From: Candidatus Harrisonbacteria bacterium | Lineage (GTDB): Bacteria > Patescibacteriota > Minisyncoccia > UBA6257 > 02-FULL-45-10c | Direction: 5' to 3' | DNA length: 64,000 bases | Assembly (NCBI GenBank): GCA_016214655.1 | Contig: JACROC010000002.1 | Location: 67,801-131,800, forward strand | In this document: piece by piece, positions 1 through 8,665 of the stretch | Layout of the letters: each line of letters starts with the position of its first letter | Position numbering within the stretch: position 1 is the first letter of the stretch | Notes under the pieces: model-generated | Database searches by the model: none | Told to the model about the DNA's origin: nothing | What the model saw: only the letters and a program-made list of their open reading frames with translations | Made by a program: the position numbers and the translations under genes

Positions 1-1
1 A

Positions 2-817
2 ACCCTCCCTACAATAGCCGGCAACTACAATACACCAGGCGATGCCAGAGGTGTTTATGTCACCGAAAATTACGCTTATGTGACAGACGGATCTGCCGGT
101 CTACAAATTATAAATATTGCTAATCCGTCAGTGCCATCGCTCACCGGAATTTTTAACACGCCAGGAAGCGCGGAAAAAGTTTATGTTTCCGGAAATTACG
201 CTTATATTGCCGACGGCTCCGCTGGACTGCAGATAATCAACGTATCTAATCCGGCCAGCCCAGTTTTAACCGGATCTTACGACACGTCCGGTAGTGCCGG
301 CGATATAAAGGTTTCCGGGAAATATGCCTATATTGCCGATGGTTCCAATGTTCTTCAGATTGTTGACGTCTCTAATCCGGCTAATCCAAAACCAGTTGGC
401 AGCTATGACAATGCCAATGACTCCAGTGAAAACATTTTCATTGCTGGTAAATTTGCATACGTCACAGTCGGCAGCGCCGGAATACATATAATTGATATCA
501 AAGGAGCAAATATCATTTCCGCCGATATAGATAACCTCACGTCAAATAACATTAATATAAAAAATAATTTTTATATTACCGGCCAACTGACTGCCAATAA
601 TGCCGTAAATACCGGCGCCGGCGGAATAGCCAGCGAAGGAATAATTTCTTCAGCGCACTATCTCCATGTCGGAAAAGCCACTGCCGGATCGCCGCCAACG
701 CCTGATTGCGACTCGGAATCAGAGGTCGGAAGAATAGCAATTGATTTCAACAGCAACCGCCTTTACGTTTGCATTGGCGGAAGCCGGGGCTGGGATTCGG
801 CATCTTTAAGCAATTAA
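2..817 (+). CDS. LVIVD-repeat (beta-propeller) surface protein, 5'-partial; the frame is open to the window start
   Basis: Repeated units '[30 protein letters not shown]' are typical of LVIVD repeats. The frame is open from position 2. The C-terminal ~45 aa ([31 protein letters not shown]) is shared with the next gene. Confidence 0.75.
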   Translation, partial: [271 protein letters not shown]

Positions 818-821
818 CAAT

Positions 822-1835
822 ATGACAACTAACTATATAAACAAAAAAACGGAAAAACGGAAAAACGGAAAAACTTTATATTGGTTTTTTAGTTCTTTCG
901 TTTTTGGGTTTTTTGGTCTGGCAATTATCATTGCCAGCGCTGCCACTTTCGATTCCGACGTCCTGCCATCCAAAAATAATACCTACAATCTAGGATTCCC
1001 TACCCTAAGATGGCAAGATTTATATCTTTCCCGAAATTTAATTGTCGGCGGCAATTTACTAGCCGGCAGCCTAATCGCGGATCCCGCCGGTTCCAACGGA
1101 ACTTTTTATTACAACGCTACCCTATCATCTTTCCGAGCTTATCAAGGGGGAAGCTGGAATGATCTTGGGCTATGGAATTTTTCCAGCGCCACTAATCAGA
1201 TTTACAACTCTAATTCTGGAAAAGTAGGCATCAATACCCCTAATCCTTCTCAGAAATTGGAAGTAAGCGGCACGATCCGCGCAAAAGGATTTCTCCTGCC
1301 CACCGGCGCCAACAACGGTTATCTTCTTACTTCGGATAGCAACGGCGCGGGAACTTGGCGCGCTCCTGCCGTGAGTTTATGGCTGCCAAACGGAAACCAC
1401 ATTTATAATTCCAACAATGGCAATGTCGGCATCGGCAACAGCAACCCGCAGGAAAAACTGCATATTTCCAACGGAACCCTAATAATTGATAACAGCGCCA
1501 ACCCATCAATATTGGGAGCCAGTATTGCCACGGCAAAGATCAATAATCTGACCACAACCTCAATGACCGTAACGGAAAACTTAGATTTGGATATAACTAA
1601 TAATTTACAAATCGGAAATTCACTATCTGCAGGCCGCGGCGGGATTTTCAGCAATGGAGAGATTTCTTCTTCGGACTATTTAAAATTCGGCAAGATTAAC
1701 AGCGGACCGCCGGTAAGCGAGGACTGCAACTCCGATTCCGAACGCGGAAGAATCACTATGGATACCAATAGCAACCTTCTTTACATCTGCAATGGCGCAA
1801 CCCGCGGCTGGGACAACCTGAGTCTATTCGATTAA
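822..1835 (+). CDS. Membrane-anchored surface protein with phage-tail-fibre-like repeats and the shared C-terminal module
   Basis: N-terminal TM helix (YWFFSSFVFGFFGLAIIIASAA). Repeats 'IYNSNSGKVGINTPNPSQKLEVSGTIRA' and 'IYNSNNGNVGIGNSNPQEKLHISNGTLII'. C-terminus 'DCNSDSERGRITMDTNSNLLYICNGATRGWD' is homologous to the C-terminus of the upstream gene. Confidence 0.7.
   Translation: MTTNYINKKTEKRKNGKTLYWFFSSFVFGFFGLAIIIASAATFDSDVLPSKNNTYNLGFPTLRWQDLYLSRNLIVGGNLLAGSLIADPAGSNGTFYYNATLSSFRAYQGGSWNDLGLWNFSSATNQIYNSNSGKVGINTPNPSQKLEVSGTIRAKGFLLPTGANNGYLLTSDSNGAGTWRAPAVSLWLPNGNHIYNSNNGNVGIGNSNPQEKLHISNGTLIIDNSANPSILGASIATAKINNLTTTSMTVTENLDLDITNNLQIGNSLSAGRGGIFSNGEISSSDYLKFGKINSGPPVSEDCNSDSERGRITMDTNSNLLYICNGATRGWDNLSLFD
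845..874 (+). repeat. Tandem 8-nt repeat (aaaaacgg) of about 3.75 units inside the 5' end of the surface-protein gene
   Basis: Sequence acaaaaaaacgg aaaaacgg aaaaacgg aaaaac read directly. The unit length is not a multiple of 3. Confidence 0.8.
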
Positions 1836-2423
1836 AAGGGGCAAGAGATTTTTAATCGCTGTTTGGCGATGGCCGATCAAGCCCTCTTCCTCCATAGTCA
1901 CGTCTCCCAGTACCTTATTTAACGCCGGAACATAAAAAAGCGACCGGAATGGAAATCCGGGAATCATATTAGCTGATGGAGTTTCCAATATCCGTCCGCG
2001 CAAGATACCTTCCGCGGTCACGACTTTGCTTTGCGGCGAAAGCTTTAAAGCCACTGCCACCCGGAATTGCGCGCCGCGGTTTTCCGCCGGCACACCCCTT
2101 AATTTCCGCAGCGCTAAATCAATTAGTTCCTTGTCGGTTGCTTTATATCCTGGCCAGCGGCGCGAAAATACTCCCGGCTCTCCGTTTAAACAATCAATTT
2201 CCAAACCGGAATCTTCCGCTAATACCGGCAAATCAGTAAAACGAGAATAAAATTCCGCTTTTTTAACCGCATTTTCTTCAAAAGTTCTGCCATTCTCCTC
2301 CGGCTCATCATCAATATTTAAATCATTCAACATTAATAACTTAAACGGCAATTCTTTTAGAATTGCTTTGTATTCCAGAATTTTTCCCGGATTATGTGTT
2401 GCAATAACTATATATTTCATCAA
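1824..2423 (-). CDS. rdgB: Non-canonical purine NTP pyrophosphatase (RdgB/HAM1 family)
   Basis: Motifs 'IATHNPGK' and 'EDSGLEIDCLNGEPGVFSRRW' are typical of Ham1/RdgB ITPases. Confidence 0.85.
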   Translation of the reverse strand: MMKYIVIATHNPGKILEYKAILKELPFKLLMLNDLNIDDEPEENGRTFEENAVKKAEFYSRFTDLPVLAEDSGLEIDCLNGEPGVFSRRWPGYKATDKELIDLALRKLRGVPAENRGAQFRVAVALKLSPQSKVVTAEGILRGRILETPSANMIPGFPFRSLFYVPALNKVLGDVTMEEEGLIGHRQTAIKNLLPLLIE

Positions 2424-2439
2424 AAATTGCTTATGAACT

Positions 2440-2991
2440 CTATTTTTTCGCGCGCATTATAAAATAAGGAAGAAAATTCCTAGGCTCGAAAGATAAGTCC
2501 ACTTTTTTAAAGAATTTCTTCAATATAGGCAAAACTAACGGTGTATATTGATAAACCAAAAATATCCCGCCCTTATTAATTGCCGAATAAGTATTCAGGA
2601 TAACTTCCGACCGCTCTTTTGGCTTAATAACAGTAAAAGGAATTCCGGAAACCACAGCATCAATTCTGGGCAGACCCAATTTCTTTAAATCTCTGGAGGC
2701 GACTATTACATCATCATTCAAAACTTTTAACCGATTGTCATTAATCTTCCTAAGTTCAGCGGCAAAATCTTTATTCAGCTCAAAAGCGACCAGCCGTCCG
2801 TCCGCCGACAATCGCTTTAAAATCTCTTTAGTAACAATCCCGTCACCGGCTCCATATTCAACAATATATTTAAAATCCGAACCCAATTCCTTCATCAGGC
2901 TCTGCACAACATATTTGGAACTGACGGTAATGGCGCCAACCTTATAATCTTTAATTACCGCTTTTAAAAAATTAAATCCGCTCATAAACAA
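2440..2991 (-). CDS. Class I SAM-dependent methyltransferase (RrnaAD / COG3963-like)
   Basis: 'VGAITVSSKYVV' and 'EYGAGDGIVTKEIL' resemble the PmtA/KsgA-like N-terminal SAM-binding region. Confidence 0.6.
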   Translation of the reverse strand: MFMSGFNFLKAVIKDYKVGAITVSSKYVVQSLMKELGSDFKYIVEYGAGDGIVTKEILKRLSADGRLVAFELNKDFAAELRKINDNRLKVLNDDVIVASRDLKKLGLPRIDAVVSGIPFTVIKPKERSEVILNTYSAINKGGIFLVYQYTPLVLPILKKFFKKVDLSFEPRNFLPYFIMRAKK

Positions 2992-3044
2992 ATTTATACG
3001 TTAATTAGGTTCTTTATAAAATAACATAAATCCACTTAAAAATC

Positions 3045-3073
3045 AAGAAATTAAAAACCCGTGAATTCACGGG
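3045..3073 (-). terminator. Rho-independent terminator after the 92-aa gene
   Basis: Perfect palindrome cccgtgaa/ttcacggg (3058..3073), followed on the minus strand by a T-run. Confidence 0.6.
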
Positions 3074-3089
3074 TAAACCTATCTCAATT

Positions 3090-3368
3090 CTAATCTCCTG
3101 AAAGCCGGCCACAAAAATGAATTATTCCCTTATTTCTTTGGTTCCTGACGCTAACCAAAATAACATGCTGGGTAATATTGCCGAGGTCCGGCTTAAGATT
3201 TTCTAAAACATCCAACACTTCAGCGCGATTTTCTGCCTGTTCAACCGCGGCGTTATCATTTGGCGCGTAGATTTTTTCAATGGAAAAATCTATAATCTCT
3301 CCCTGGGTTACAAATGATATAAAGCCATATTGTGCTAAATATAAATGTCCTCGATGGCCCTTGCGCAT
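3090..3368 (-). CDS. Hypothetical protein (92 aa)
   Basis: ORF only; a terminator hairpin lies downstream. Confidence 0.4.
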   Translation of the reverse strand: MRKGHRGHLYLAQYGFISFVTQGEIIDFSIEKIYAPNDNAAVEQAENRAEVLDVLENLKPDLGNITQHVILVSVRNQRNKGIIHFCGRLSGD

Positions 3369-3439
3369 CAGAGCTCCTATTTTAAAAACTAAATATAATT
3401 TAAATTAAAACTCTTAAAAAATCAATATTTTTCATACCC

Positions 3440-3468
3440 TTGACCTTATGGTTAAAAGCTGTTATACT
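3440..3468 (+). promoter_or_regulatory. Sigma70-like promoter for the 3523 gene
   Basis: TTGACC, a 17-nt spacer, then TATACT, with RBS GGAGG before the ATG at 3523. Confidence 0.55.
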
Positions 3469-3522
3469 TTTTAAAGCTTAGAAGTTCTTTGACAGACAGC
3501 ACTTAGGAAAGGAGGTAATGGA

Positions 3523-4305
3523 ATGACCGTAGCATTGGTGGCTGCTGTAGTTGCGGCGGTGATTATAGGTGTGGCTATGGAAAGCTTTTCTGCGGTTGTT
3601 GTTGCTGCACTCATCGGCGGCGGAATAGTTTTTGGGGGTAATGCGCTAATTACTTACGGCGCCCTCGCCGGACTGATAACTGGTTTAACTTTGGCTGGAG
3701 CGCTTGCGGTCGGTACGGCTGGATTCTGGCTGCTCGTAGCAGTATCTACCGTTGCACTCGCTTGTCTAGTTGAGAACGAAGAAGGAGCTTGGGCTACTGG
3801 GACGCTTCTTCTAACGCTTCTACTTCTCCAGCTGTTCGGTGACATCAAAGTTTTCACTTCTGCATACAACCATCCGCTTGTCGCCCTTATGTGCGTTGCC
3901 GGATATTTTATGGCTGGAATGGCTTGGGCAATTTGGAAATGGGTGCTTTATAACCGTGACCAAAAAATGCTATATGACGAACGGAGGACTGCATTCCTAA
4001 AGGATAATAATATTACCGACAACACAATACCCGCAGATCTAAAAACGAATTTTGATCAGTGCGTAAACGGAATTGACATTCGTCCGCCAGTTACCGAACA
4101 TAAGGAACGAGTTCTGCGATGGATGACTTATTGGCCGTGGAGCGCGCTTGCTTGGTTGCTCAGCGATCCAATCCGCCGGTTATTCCGGGAAATTTATCAT
4201 CAAATTCAAAATACTCTGCAGAAAATTTCAGACCGGATTTGGCAGGGAGTTGAAAATGATCTGCCGCCACCTGCGACTAGCAGGCGAAGGCGGAATCAGC
4301 ACTAA
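3523..4305 (+). CDS. Hypothetical polytopic membrane protein, GC-rich
   Basis: Several hydrophobic helices (VALVAAVVAAVIIGVAM...). Strong RBS aggaaaggaggtaatggaATG. GC is noticeably above surrounding DNA. Confidence 0.6.
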   Translation: MTVALVAAVVAAVIIGVAMESFSAVVVAALIGGGIVFGGNALITYGALAGLITGLTLAGALAVGTAGFWLLVAVSTVALACLVENEEGAWATGTLLLTLLLLQLFGDIKVFTSAYNHPLVALMCVAGYFMAGMAWAIWKWVLYNRDQKMLYDERRTAFLKDNNITDNTIPADLKTNFDQCVNGIDIRPPVTEHKERVLRWMTYWPWSALAWLLSDPIRRLFREIYHQIQNTLQKISDRIWQGVENDLPPPATSRRRRNQH

Positions 4306-4350
4306 AAACAAAATAGCGAGGTTTTACCTCGCTTTTTAATTTCCCGAAAT

Positions 4351-4827
4351 TCAATCGCTGTTCTTATTGGAAGACGAACTACCGGATCCCTTGCCCATGA
4401 CCAACCCCAACAATAAAAGAAAACCGCCGATCATCAGCTTAGTCTGATCCCACTCTGCCCCGCCAGATACAGTCAAAAGCAATGAATTATGGAGTAAATA
4501 TGTTCCATAAATAAGTGAAAGCCGTCCAACTGCAACACTAACGAGCATCAAGAGTGATAAAGCTCCTCCGCCAAGCAATCCGAGGAGCGCACCAGCTACC
4601 GCGCCAGCTTTTCCTCCGCCGCTCTCGCTGCCGACAAGACCGCCGGTAACAGCTCCGCCAACTGCAAACATTAATGTAGCTAAACCAACCACTAACCCAA
4701 TCAAAGCCGAAGTCACTACATACCACCAGAATAGAAAATTAGTGCTTGTCAAAAAAATCTCCGGCCAATTGGTCGTGCGGAACAAGTAAAGAAATCCGGC
4801 ATAAATGGCCGCCAACAAGATTCCCAC
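4351..4827 (-). CDS. Hypothetical Gly-rich membrane protein; GTG start with an AAGGAGG RBS
   Basis: TM helices and a Gly-rich loop (GGAVTGGLVGSESGGGKAGAVAGA). RBS aaggaggcacaaGTG at 4825-4827. Confidence 0.55.
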   Translation of the reverse strand: MGILLAAIYAGFLYLFRTTNWPEIFLTSTNFLFWWYVVTSALIGLVVGLATLMFAVGGAVTGGLVGSESGGGKAGAVAGALLGLLGGGALSLLMLVSVAVGRLSLIYGTYLLHNSLLLTVSGGAEWDQTKLMIGGFLLLLGLVMGKGSGSSSSNKNSD

Positions 4828-4950
4828 TTGTGCCTCCTTTGATTAGGATTTCAAACGACTATGATTAAAATAACACCAAACAAAATCAAAGTCAATCCTT
4901 ATTGTACATATATAATTAGATTGTAAACACTTTTCCGCCATCGCCTCCAC

Positions 4951-5100
4951 TCTATAAATACCCGAAATTATGTTCCGTGCGGCAACTACGGAGCGCCAAA
5001 TTGCTGGGTCTTACTATGTAAGAATTTGGCGTGAGGCGTAGGCGGCGTCAACCGCTGGAGTTGGCGAACGCCGGTGCCGTCAGGAATATAATTTCGGGTA
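4951..5100 (-). ncRNA. Candidate structured cis-regulatory RNA, copy A, in the 5' leader of the 4827 membrane-protein gene
   Basis: GC-rich island homologous (~75% identity) to copy B at 5827..5957. Hairpins gccaaatt..aatttggc and cttac..gtaag are preserved in copy B with different sequences (compensatory changes). An 18-bp long-range stem pairs 4959-4976 with 5083-5100. Confidence 0.55.
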
Positions 5101-5163
5101 TTAAGACCTGAATGATCCCACCGCCAGCCCGAATGTCGGAAAAGCGTCAACAATCCGTTAAGA

Positions 5164-5775
5164 TTATACAACCTTATATAAGTTATTTTCTTTTATATAT
5201 TCAGAAACGCCCTTAGATAAATATTGACTAACCGGCTTGCCGCTGGCTATCAATGAACGTACATCGGTACTGGAAAAATTTGACGGGTCTAAATTTCTTT
5301 CCAACACCATAACATTTTTAGGCAAATTTTCCGGCAAAGAGATTCCTGGCCGGACAAGCACTATAAAATTAGCTTCTTTATATAATTTTTCGCCATTCAC
5401 CCATTTGGTTTTTATATCATTAAAACTGTCAGAACCAACTACAAAATAAAATTCAAAATCCGGATACTGATTTTCCAATTCTGTTTTAGTTTCATAAGTA
5501 GTGGTCAGCTTCGGACGATCCAATTCTAAAGTGGGTATTTTTATCGGCACCTTGGCATCCTGAAATAATTCCTTGATTAAAATTTCTACCATTTTAAACC
5601 GATGCTGTCCGCTGACACTCATAGCCTTATCGTGCCGGTCGGCAGATGGCATCACCCAGATCTCATCGCAAGGAAATTTTTTAAGGACAGAACGGATAAC
5701 CGAAACATGGCCTAAATGAGGCGGATTAAACGCCCCTCCAAAAATAACTATTCTTTTACCACTATTCTTTGTCAT
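5164..5775 (-). CDS. nadD: Nicotinate-nucleotide adenylyltransferase
   Basis: 'IVIFGGAFNPPHLGH' is the (H/T)xGH nucleotidyltransferase motif of NadD. The internal ATG (MTKNSGKR...) was preferred over the longer ORF extending to 5847. Confidence 0.85.
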   Translation of the reverse strand: MTKNSGKRIVIFGGAFNPPHLGHVSVIRSVLKKFPCDEIWVMPSADRHDKAMSVSGQHRFKMVEILIKELFQDAKVPIKIPTLELDRPKLTTTYETKTELENQYPDFEFYFVVGSDSFNDIKTKWVNGEKLYKEANFIVLVRPGISLPENLPKNVMVLERNLDPSNFSSTDVRSLIASGKPVSQYLSKGVSEYIKENNLYKVV

Positions 5776-5826
5776 TTTATGATTATCAAGCCAAAAATTT
5801 ATTTCGGCAATCTCCGCCGTCCTTTT

Positions 5827-5957
5827 CCTACCGACACCGGCGTTCATCGACTCTTGCGGTCAGCGCCGCCTACGCTTCACCGCGATTTTTCGCTTCGCGA
5901 AACCCAGTAAATCGCAATTCCGTAATTGCCGCACGAAGAATAGTTTCGGATATTTAC
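5827..5957 (+). ncRNA. Candidate structured cis-regulatory RNA, copy B, in the 5' leader of the histidine-phosphatase gene
   Basis: Homologous to copy A. It has hairpins gcgattt..aaatcgc and ttcgc..gcgaa at the positions of copy A's hairpins. It shares the conserved strings cgccgcctacgc, acccag and ttgccgcacg. Confidence 0.55.
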
Positions 5958-6036
5958 ATAAAAAAATGATTGCTTTCCATCGAAATTTCTTTTAAAATAT
6001 AGACGGAACTTAGTTAATTCAATAGGGAAAGCAAAG

Positions 6037-6819
6037 ATGAAATGGCCGCGGAAGCTGATCCTTATCCGGCACGGCGAATCTGCTTATAATCTTATGAAAA
6101 AACAGAAGGAGTCAGACCCGGACTATAAAGAATTCAGGAAGGCATATGAGGAATTTGAAAGAGACGGCTTTCGCAATGAGCTCGCCCGCCAACTGGCGGA
6201 AAAACTGAAAGAAAAATGCGATGTCGGAGTAAGCGATCCGGAAACTCCCCTTTCTCCCGAAGGGCATCGCCAAGCTTTAGAAACTGGAAAAGGCCTGTCT
6301 GTTCATTCCCGGCTTCCTGATGTCATTTTCGTTTCTCCATATGTCCGAACTCAGCAAACGCTCGCTGGATTAGTAAAAGGCTGGCCAAAACTGGGAACGG
6401 TCAAAATTATCCTAGATGAACGCATCCGGGAGCGGAATATCGGCTTATTGGAGATATTCAACGACTGGCGAATATTAAATGTGCTTTATCCGGAGCAAGC
6501 CAGACTGCACGCACGGCAAGGAAAATTTTATTACCGCTATCCGCAAGGAGAAAGCATTGTGGATGTGCAATCGCGAAACCGGCAATGGTTCCAAACCCTT
6601 ACCAGAGATTGGGCCGGCAAACGAGTACTAGTGGTATCCCATCACCTGACTATCCTTAGCATCCGAAGCCTACTGGAACGCTGGACTCCAGAACAATTCA
6701 TTGATGTGGATGAAAATCACTCTCCGAAAAATTGTTCATTAACTGTTTATCGCGGAGATCCGAAACAAGGCACCGACGGCAAACTTTGCCTCGAAACCTA
6801 TAATCAAGTTTTCTATTAA
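6037..6819 (+). CDS. Histidine phosphatase family protein (phosphoglycerate-mutase-like)
   Basis: The 'LIRHGES' RHG catalytic motif sits at the N-terminus. Confidence 0.75.
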   Translation: MKWPRKLILIRHGESAYNLMKKQKESDPDYKEFRKAYEEFERDGFRNELARQLAEKLKEKCDVGVSDPETPLSPEGHRQALETGKGLSVHSRLPDVIFVSPYVRTQQTLAGLVKGWPKLGTVKIILDERIRERNIGLLEIFNDWRILNVLYPEQARLHARQGKFYYRYPQGESIVDVQSRNRQWFQTLTRDWAGKRVLVVSHHLTILSIRSLLERWTPEQFIDVDENHSPKNCSLTVYRGDPKQGTDGKLCLETYNQVFY

Positions 6820-6846
6820 AAAATAAAGGCGCATTTCTGCGCCTTT

Positions 6847-8064
6847 TTAATATTTGCATTCCTCTGATTCGTTTCTTGTATATCCGAAAATCTTCTTAAA
6901 TCTTTCAATATCATTCGAATCTCCCATCGCCTTTGCCAGATTATCACTCAACTTCACCGTGCCGTGGCCGTTAGCTTCAGTAACCTTAACCACCAATGAT
7001 AACGCTTTAAATCCTAAGTCGTTGGTAAGGTTTGTCCCCCATCCGAATACAACATTAGTTCTTCCGCTAAATCGCTCATGGAGTTTAACGATCATATCCA
7101 CATCCAGCCCATCACTGAAAACAATAGTCTTTGTTTTAGGATCAATACCATATTTCTGATAAAACGCAATCGCTTTTTCACCGAACTCAAATGGATCTCC
7201 CGAATCCTGCCGAAAACCTCGCCACTTTCTCACCTGCTCTAAAGTTAAATCCTTAAAAAAGAAATCAGTTCCATAAGTGTCAGTAAGCGCAATTGATAGC
7301 GGCTCGCCATACTCCTTCCACCAAAGCTGTAACACCTTATTATGAGAGTACCGGATAGAATCATCACTGCCATGATAAACTCCAGATAACACCATATCCA
7401 TTTCGTGCGCAAAAGTGCCGATCGGACGGATTCCAAATCGTTTTGCAAAAGCAACATTTGAAGTTCCCAGAAGCTGATCCGGAACCGATCGCACTAAGCG
7501 GCCGATAACGTTATCCTGCCAGTAACGGCTGAATCGTCGGCGCGTGCCAAAATCTGAAAACTTTATTCCGGGATACAGGTTCAAAATCTCGATCTTTCGA
7601 GATAAACGGCTCTGTCCTTCACTCCAAACTCCAACTTCCGACCGCCCTTCCTTTCTAAGTAAAGAACGGTAATAAAGTTCGTTCACTACGGATAAAATCA
7701 GAGTTTCCCACCAAATCGCTTCCGGCCAAAGTCCAAAAACCTCAATCTTGTAAGTAGCGCCGTCTCTAGCCACAACAACTTCCGGAAGCTTCAAATTTTT
7801 TAAGAATCCTAAAAAGTCTTCGGAAAAAATCTTGAGTCCGCGCAGATATGCAATTTCCTCATCGGTAAACCGCAGGCTCCTAACATGATCCAATTCCATT
7901 CTCAAGTCTTCTTCATTGATATATTCAGCCAGCAGAACATTTTTTGTCCGATTTTTAAAACTGTACCTTACGGGTACAGTTTGATAATGCTTCCAGGCAA
8001 CCTGTGCCATCGTAAGCTTATAATAATCAAGATCTAACAGAGATCGGATGATTGGAGTATTCAT
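6847..8064 (-). CDS. pncB: Nicotinate phosphoribosyltransferase
   Basis: 'FSDFGTRRRFS', 'AHEM', 'FRQDSGDPFEFGEKAIAFYQKYGIDPKTKTIVFSDGLD' and 'VKLSDN' match NAPRTase. The start was set at MNTPIIRSLLDLDYYKLTM. Confidence 0.85.
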   Translation of the reverse strand: MNTPIIRSLLDLDYYKLTMAQVAWKHYQTVPVRYSFKNRTKNVLLAEYINEEDLRMELDHVRSLRFTDEEIAYLRGLKIFSEDFLGFLKNLKLPEVVVARDGATYKIEVFGLWPEAIWWETLILSVVNELYYRSLLRKEGRSEVGVWSEGQSRLSRKIEILNLYPGIKFSDFGTRRRFSRYWQDNVIGRLVRSVPDQLLGTSNVAFAKRFGIRPIGTFAHEMDMVLSGVYHGSDDSIRYSHNKVLQLWWKEYGEPLSIALTDTYGTDFFFKDLTLEQVRKWRGFRQDSGDPFEFGEKAIAFYQKYGIDPKTKTIVFSDGLDVDMIVKLHERFSGRTNVVFGWGTNLTNDLGFKALSLVVKVTEANGHGTVKLSDNLAKAMGDSNDIERFKKIFGYTRNESEECKY

Positions 8065-8065
8065 A

Positions 8066-8665
8066 TTAACCGCGGTCTCTAAAGAGAAGGAAGGTTTCGA
8101 TTGAAAGAGAAATAACGCCACTGCGCACCATTTCCTCTACCGCCCTATCTCCGTCGCCTGGATTGATATTTACTGCCCTAGAACCGTCAGAGAGAAAATA
8201 AGTCTTGAAACCCGCTCGTACAGCGCTTAGCGCCGTAGCTTTCACGCAATAATCAGTAGCCAAACCGCCGACATAAACCTCTTCCACACCCGCCACCCGT
8301 AAAACCCTTAACAAATTCATGCCAATATCAGTCACCCCATCAAAGGCAGAATATCCGCCATCATCATTAAGATCCATGCCCTTAGAAACGACGATCGCCT
8401 GTTCTACCTTAAGATCTTTATGAAATTTCGCGCCTTCAGTATTCTGTACACAATGCGGAGGCCACAAACCACCGCCAGTGTTAAAGTGCCTTGTTTCTGC
8501 CGGATGCCAATCACGAGAAGCGATAATTATCCAACCCTTTCGCAAGGCAAAATCTGCCATCCGATTAAGCGGTTCAACCACTTTATCGCCGTCTTTCACG
8601 GCCAATGCTCCGCCCGGACAAAAATCATTCTGTACATCCACCAAAATCAGCACTGCCCTTGCCAT
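8066..8665 (-). CDS. pncA: Nicotinamidase / pyrazinamidase (isochorismatase family)
   Basis: 'LILVDVQNDFCPGGAL' is the PncA motif. The start is at MARAV, preceded by aaggaggcaaagATG. Confidence 0.85.
   Translation of the reverse strand: MARAVLILVDVQNDFCPGGALAVKDGDKVVEPLNRMADFALRKGWIIIASRDWHPAETRHFNTGGGLWPPHCVQNTEGAKFHKDLKVEQAIVVSKGMDLNDDGGYSAFDGVTDIGMNLLRVLRVAGVEEVYVGGLATDYCVKATALSAVRAGFKTYFLSDGSRAVNINPGDGDRAVEEMVRSGVISLSIETFLLFRDRG

Noticed and set aside
4986-5969. ORFs 4986..5171 (-), 5716..5910 (+) and 5769..5969 (+)
   Set aside because: They overlap the GC-rich RNA-motif copies and the nadD 5' end. They are Arg/Pro-rich low-complexity translations with no RBS.
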